From Paecilomyces variotii (Eukaryota), in NCBI GenBank assembly GCA_004022145.1, contig RCNU01000005.1: DNA of 64,000 bases; one strand, 5' to 3'. A program made the translations under genes and the position numbers. Shown one piece after another: positions 63,116 to 64,000 of this stretch. How positions within the stretch are numbered: the stretch's first letter is position 1; every line of letters starts with the position of its first letter. The notes under the pieces are model-generated. The model did not search any database. It saw only the letters and a program-made list of their open reading frames with translations, and was not told where the DNA came from.

Positions 63116-64000
63116 TCGCGGAGACGGGCTTGGCGGCGATGCATGGTCCATCGTGCATACTTTGTAGATTCAACATCTACTTGTCGACCTTGGGGTTGCA
63201 GGTAGTTCTATGCCATGAGAGATGATTGTTTTTGCACCAAATGAAATTTCGTCATTTCAAATCGAAGATCGATAATAAATGGTTCGGTGCCCCAGAACCT
63301 ACGGTACTTATGGTTCGGCTTGCCGCGCCCGTATGTTGCTTTCCTCAATATAGCGCTTCACAATTGTACCGAAGGCTGATAAGCCCCAGAACATCTTGAA
63401 AAGTTACATTTAAGAACCCTATGGGAAAATATTAGCATAAAGAATTGTTGAAAAGCGTTGGAAGTTGATTATATGATAGAGAGAAACTGCTCACGAGTGA
63501 ATAATCGTTGACTGATTTTCCTATTTACTAAGTACCAAGGTCCTCTTGGTAGCATACTAGTAGTCGAAGCGGCAGGGACCTGGAAAAGAAGGTGTAGAAT
63601 GAGACGATAGGTTACTACCCAGTATCAGAGAATCATCAGAGAATGGTTCTGAACAACCAACTCGCAATGTGGGCTCTGAAAGTTGTGGTTCCAATTGACG
63701 GACCACAACCTTAACTTTAATTACTATTTGTTACCGTGAGTGCGCCTGGATGCGATTTCGTTCAATATCCCAACGCCCCTGTAGCTTCAAAAGCTCGTCA
63801 GTATGGGAGCCTTGCTATGCTTTTTACGCTGCATATCTATCTGCGGGAACCACGAAGGCTTGCATCTTGTCTCCGCCTGTTGCCTCGAGTACCTATGTTC
63901 CAGGTCATTAACGCAGTTGGTCCTACTGAGCCGATAATCCACAAGGTTAATTTTCTATCGAGCAAGGATCTGAGCGGTGTGGCAGTCTACGAGTCATTCT

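Overview
Gene-dense, intron-containing genomic DNA of a filamentous ascomycete, most likely Eurotiales (inferred from GT-AG introns with CTRAC branch sites and from gene content). About 20 protein-coding genes can be supported: MTHFR, a hypothetical membrane protein, NUR1, V-ATPase subunit F (absent from the ORF track), fructosyl-amino acid oxidase, NPC2-type lipid transfer protein, a LaeA-like methyltransferase, KRR1, ATG22, a flavin reductase, an SDR, a luciferase-like-domain protein, a thiolase, an FATP-type acyl-CoA synthetase, a GH92 mannosidase, GCP2/Spc97, proteasome alpha5, RRP8, a Zn2Cys6 transcription factor and an amidase. No rRNA, tRNA, CRISPR array or intact transposon was seen. 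Most notable: (1) a five-gene block at 34.9-44.5 kb in which four products carry peroxisomal targeting signals and both divergent promoters share CCTCGG (FarA/FarB-type) sites, a candidate peroxisomal CoA-dependent catabolic cluster; (2) long or strongly base-paired introns in two methyl-metabolism genes (a 5'UTR intron hiding uAUGs in MTHFR; a 1.1 kb first intron and a structured 201-nt intron in the LaeA-like methyltransferase); (3) hairpins, a Myb-like motif cluster and an AT/TpA-rich tract in the gene-free first 6 kb. All exon boundaries were read by eye and no database searches were run.
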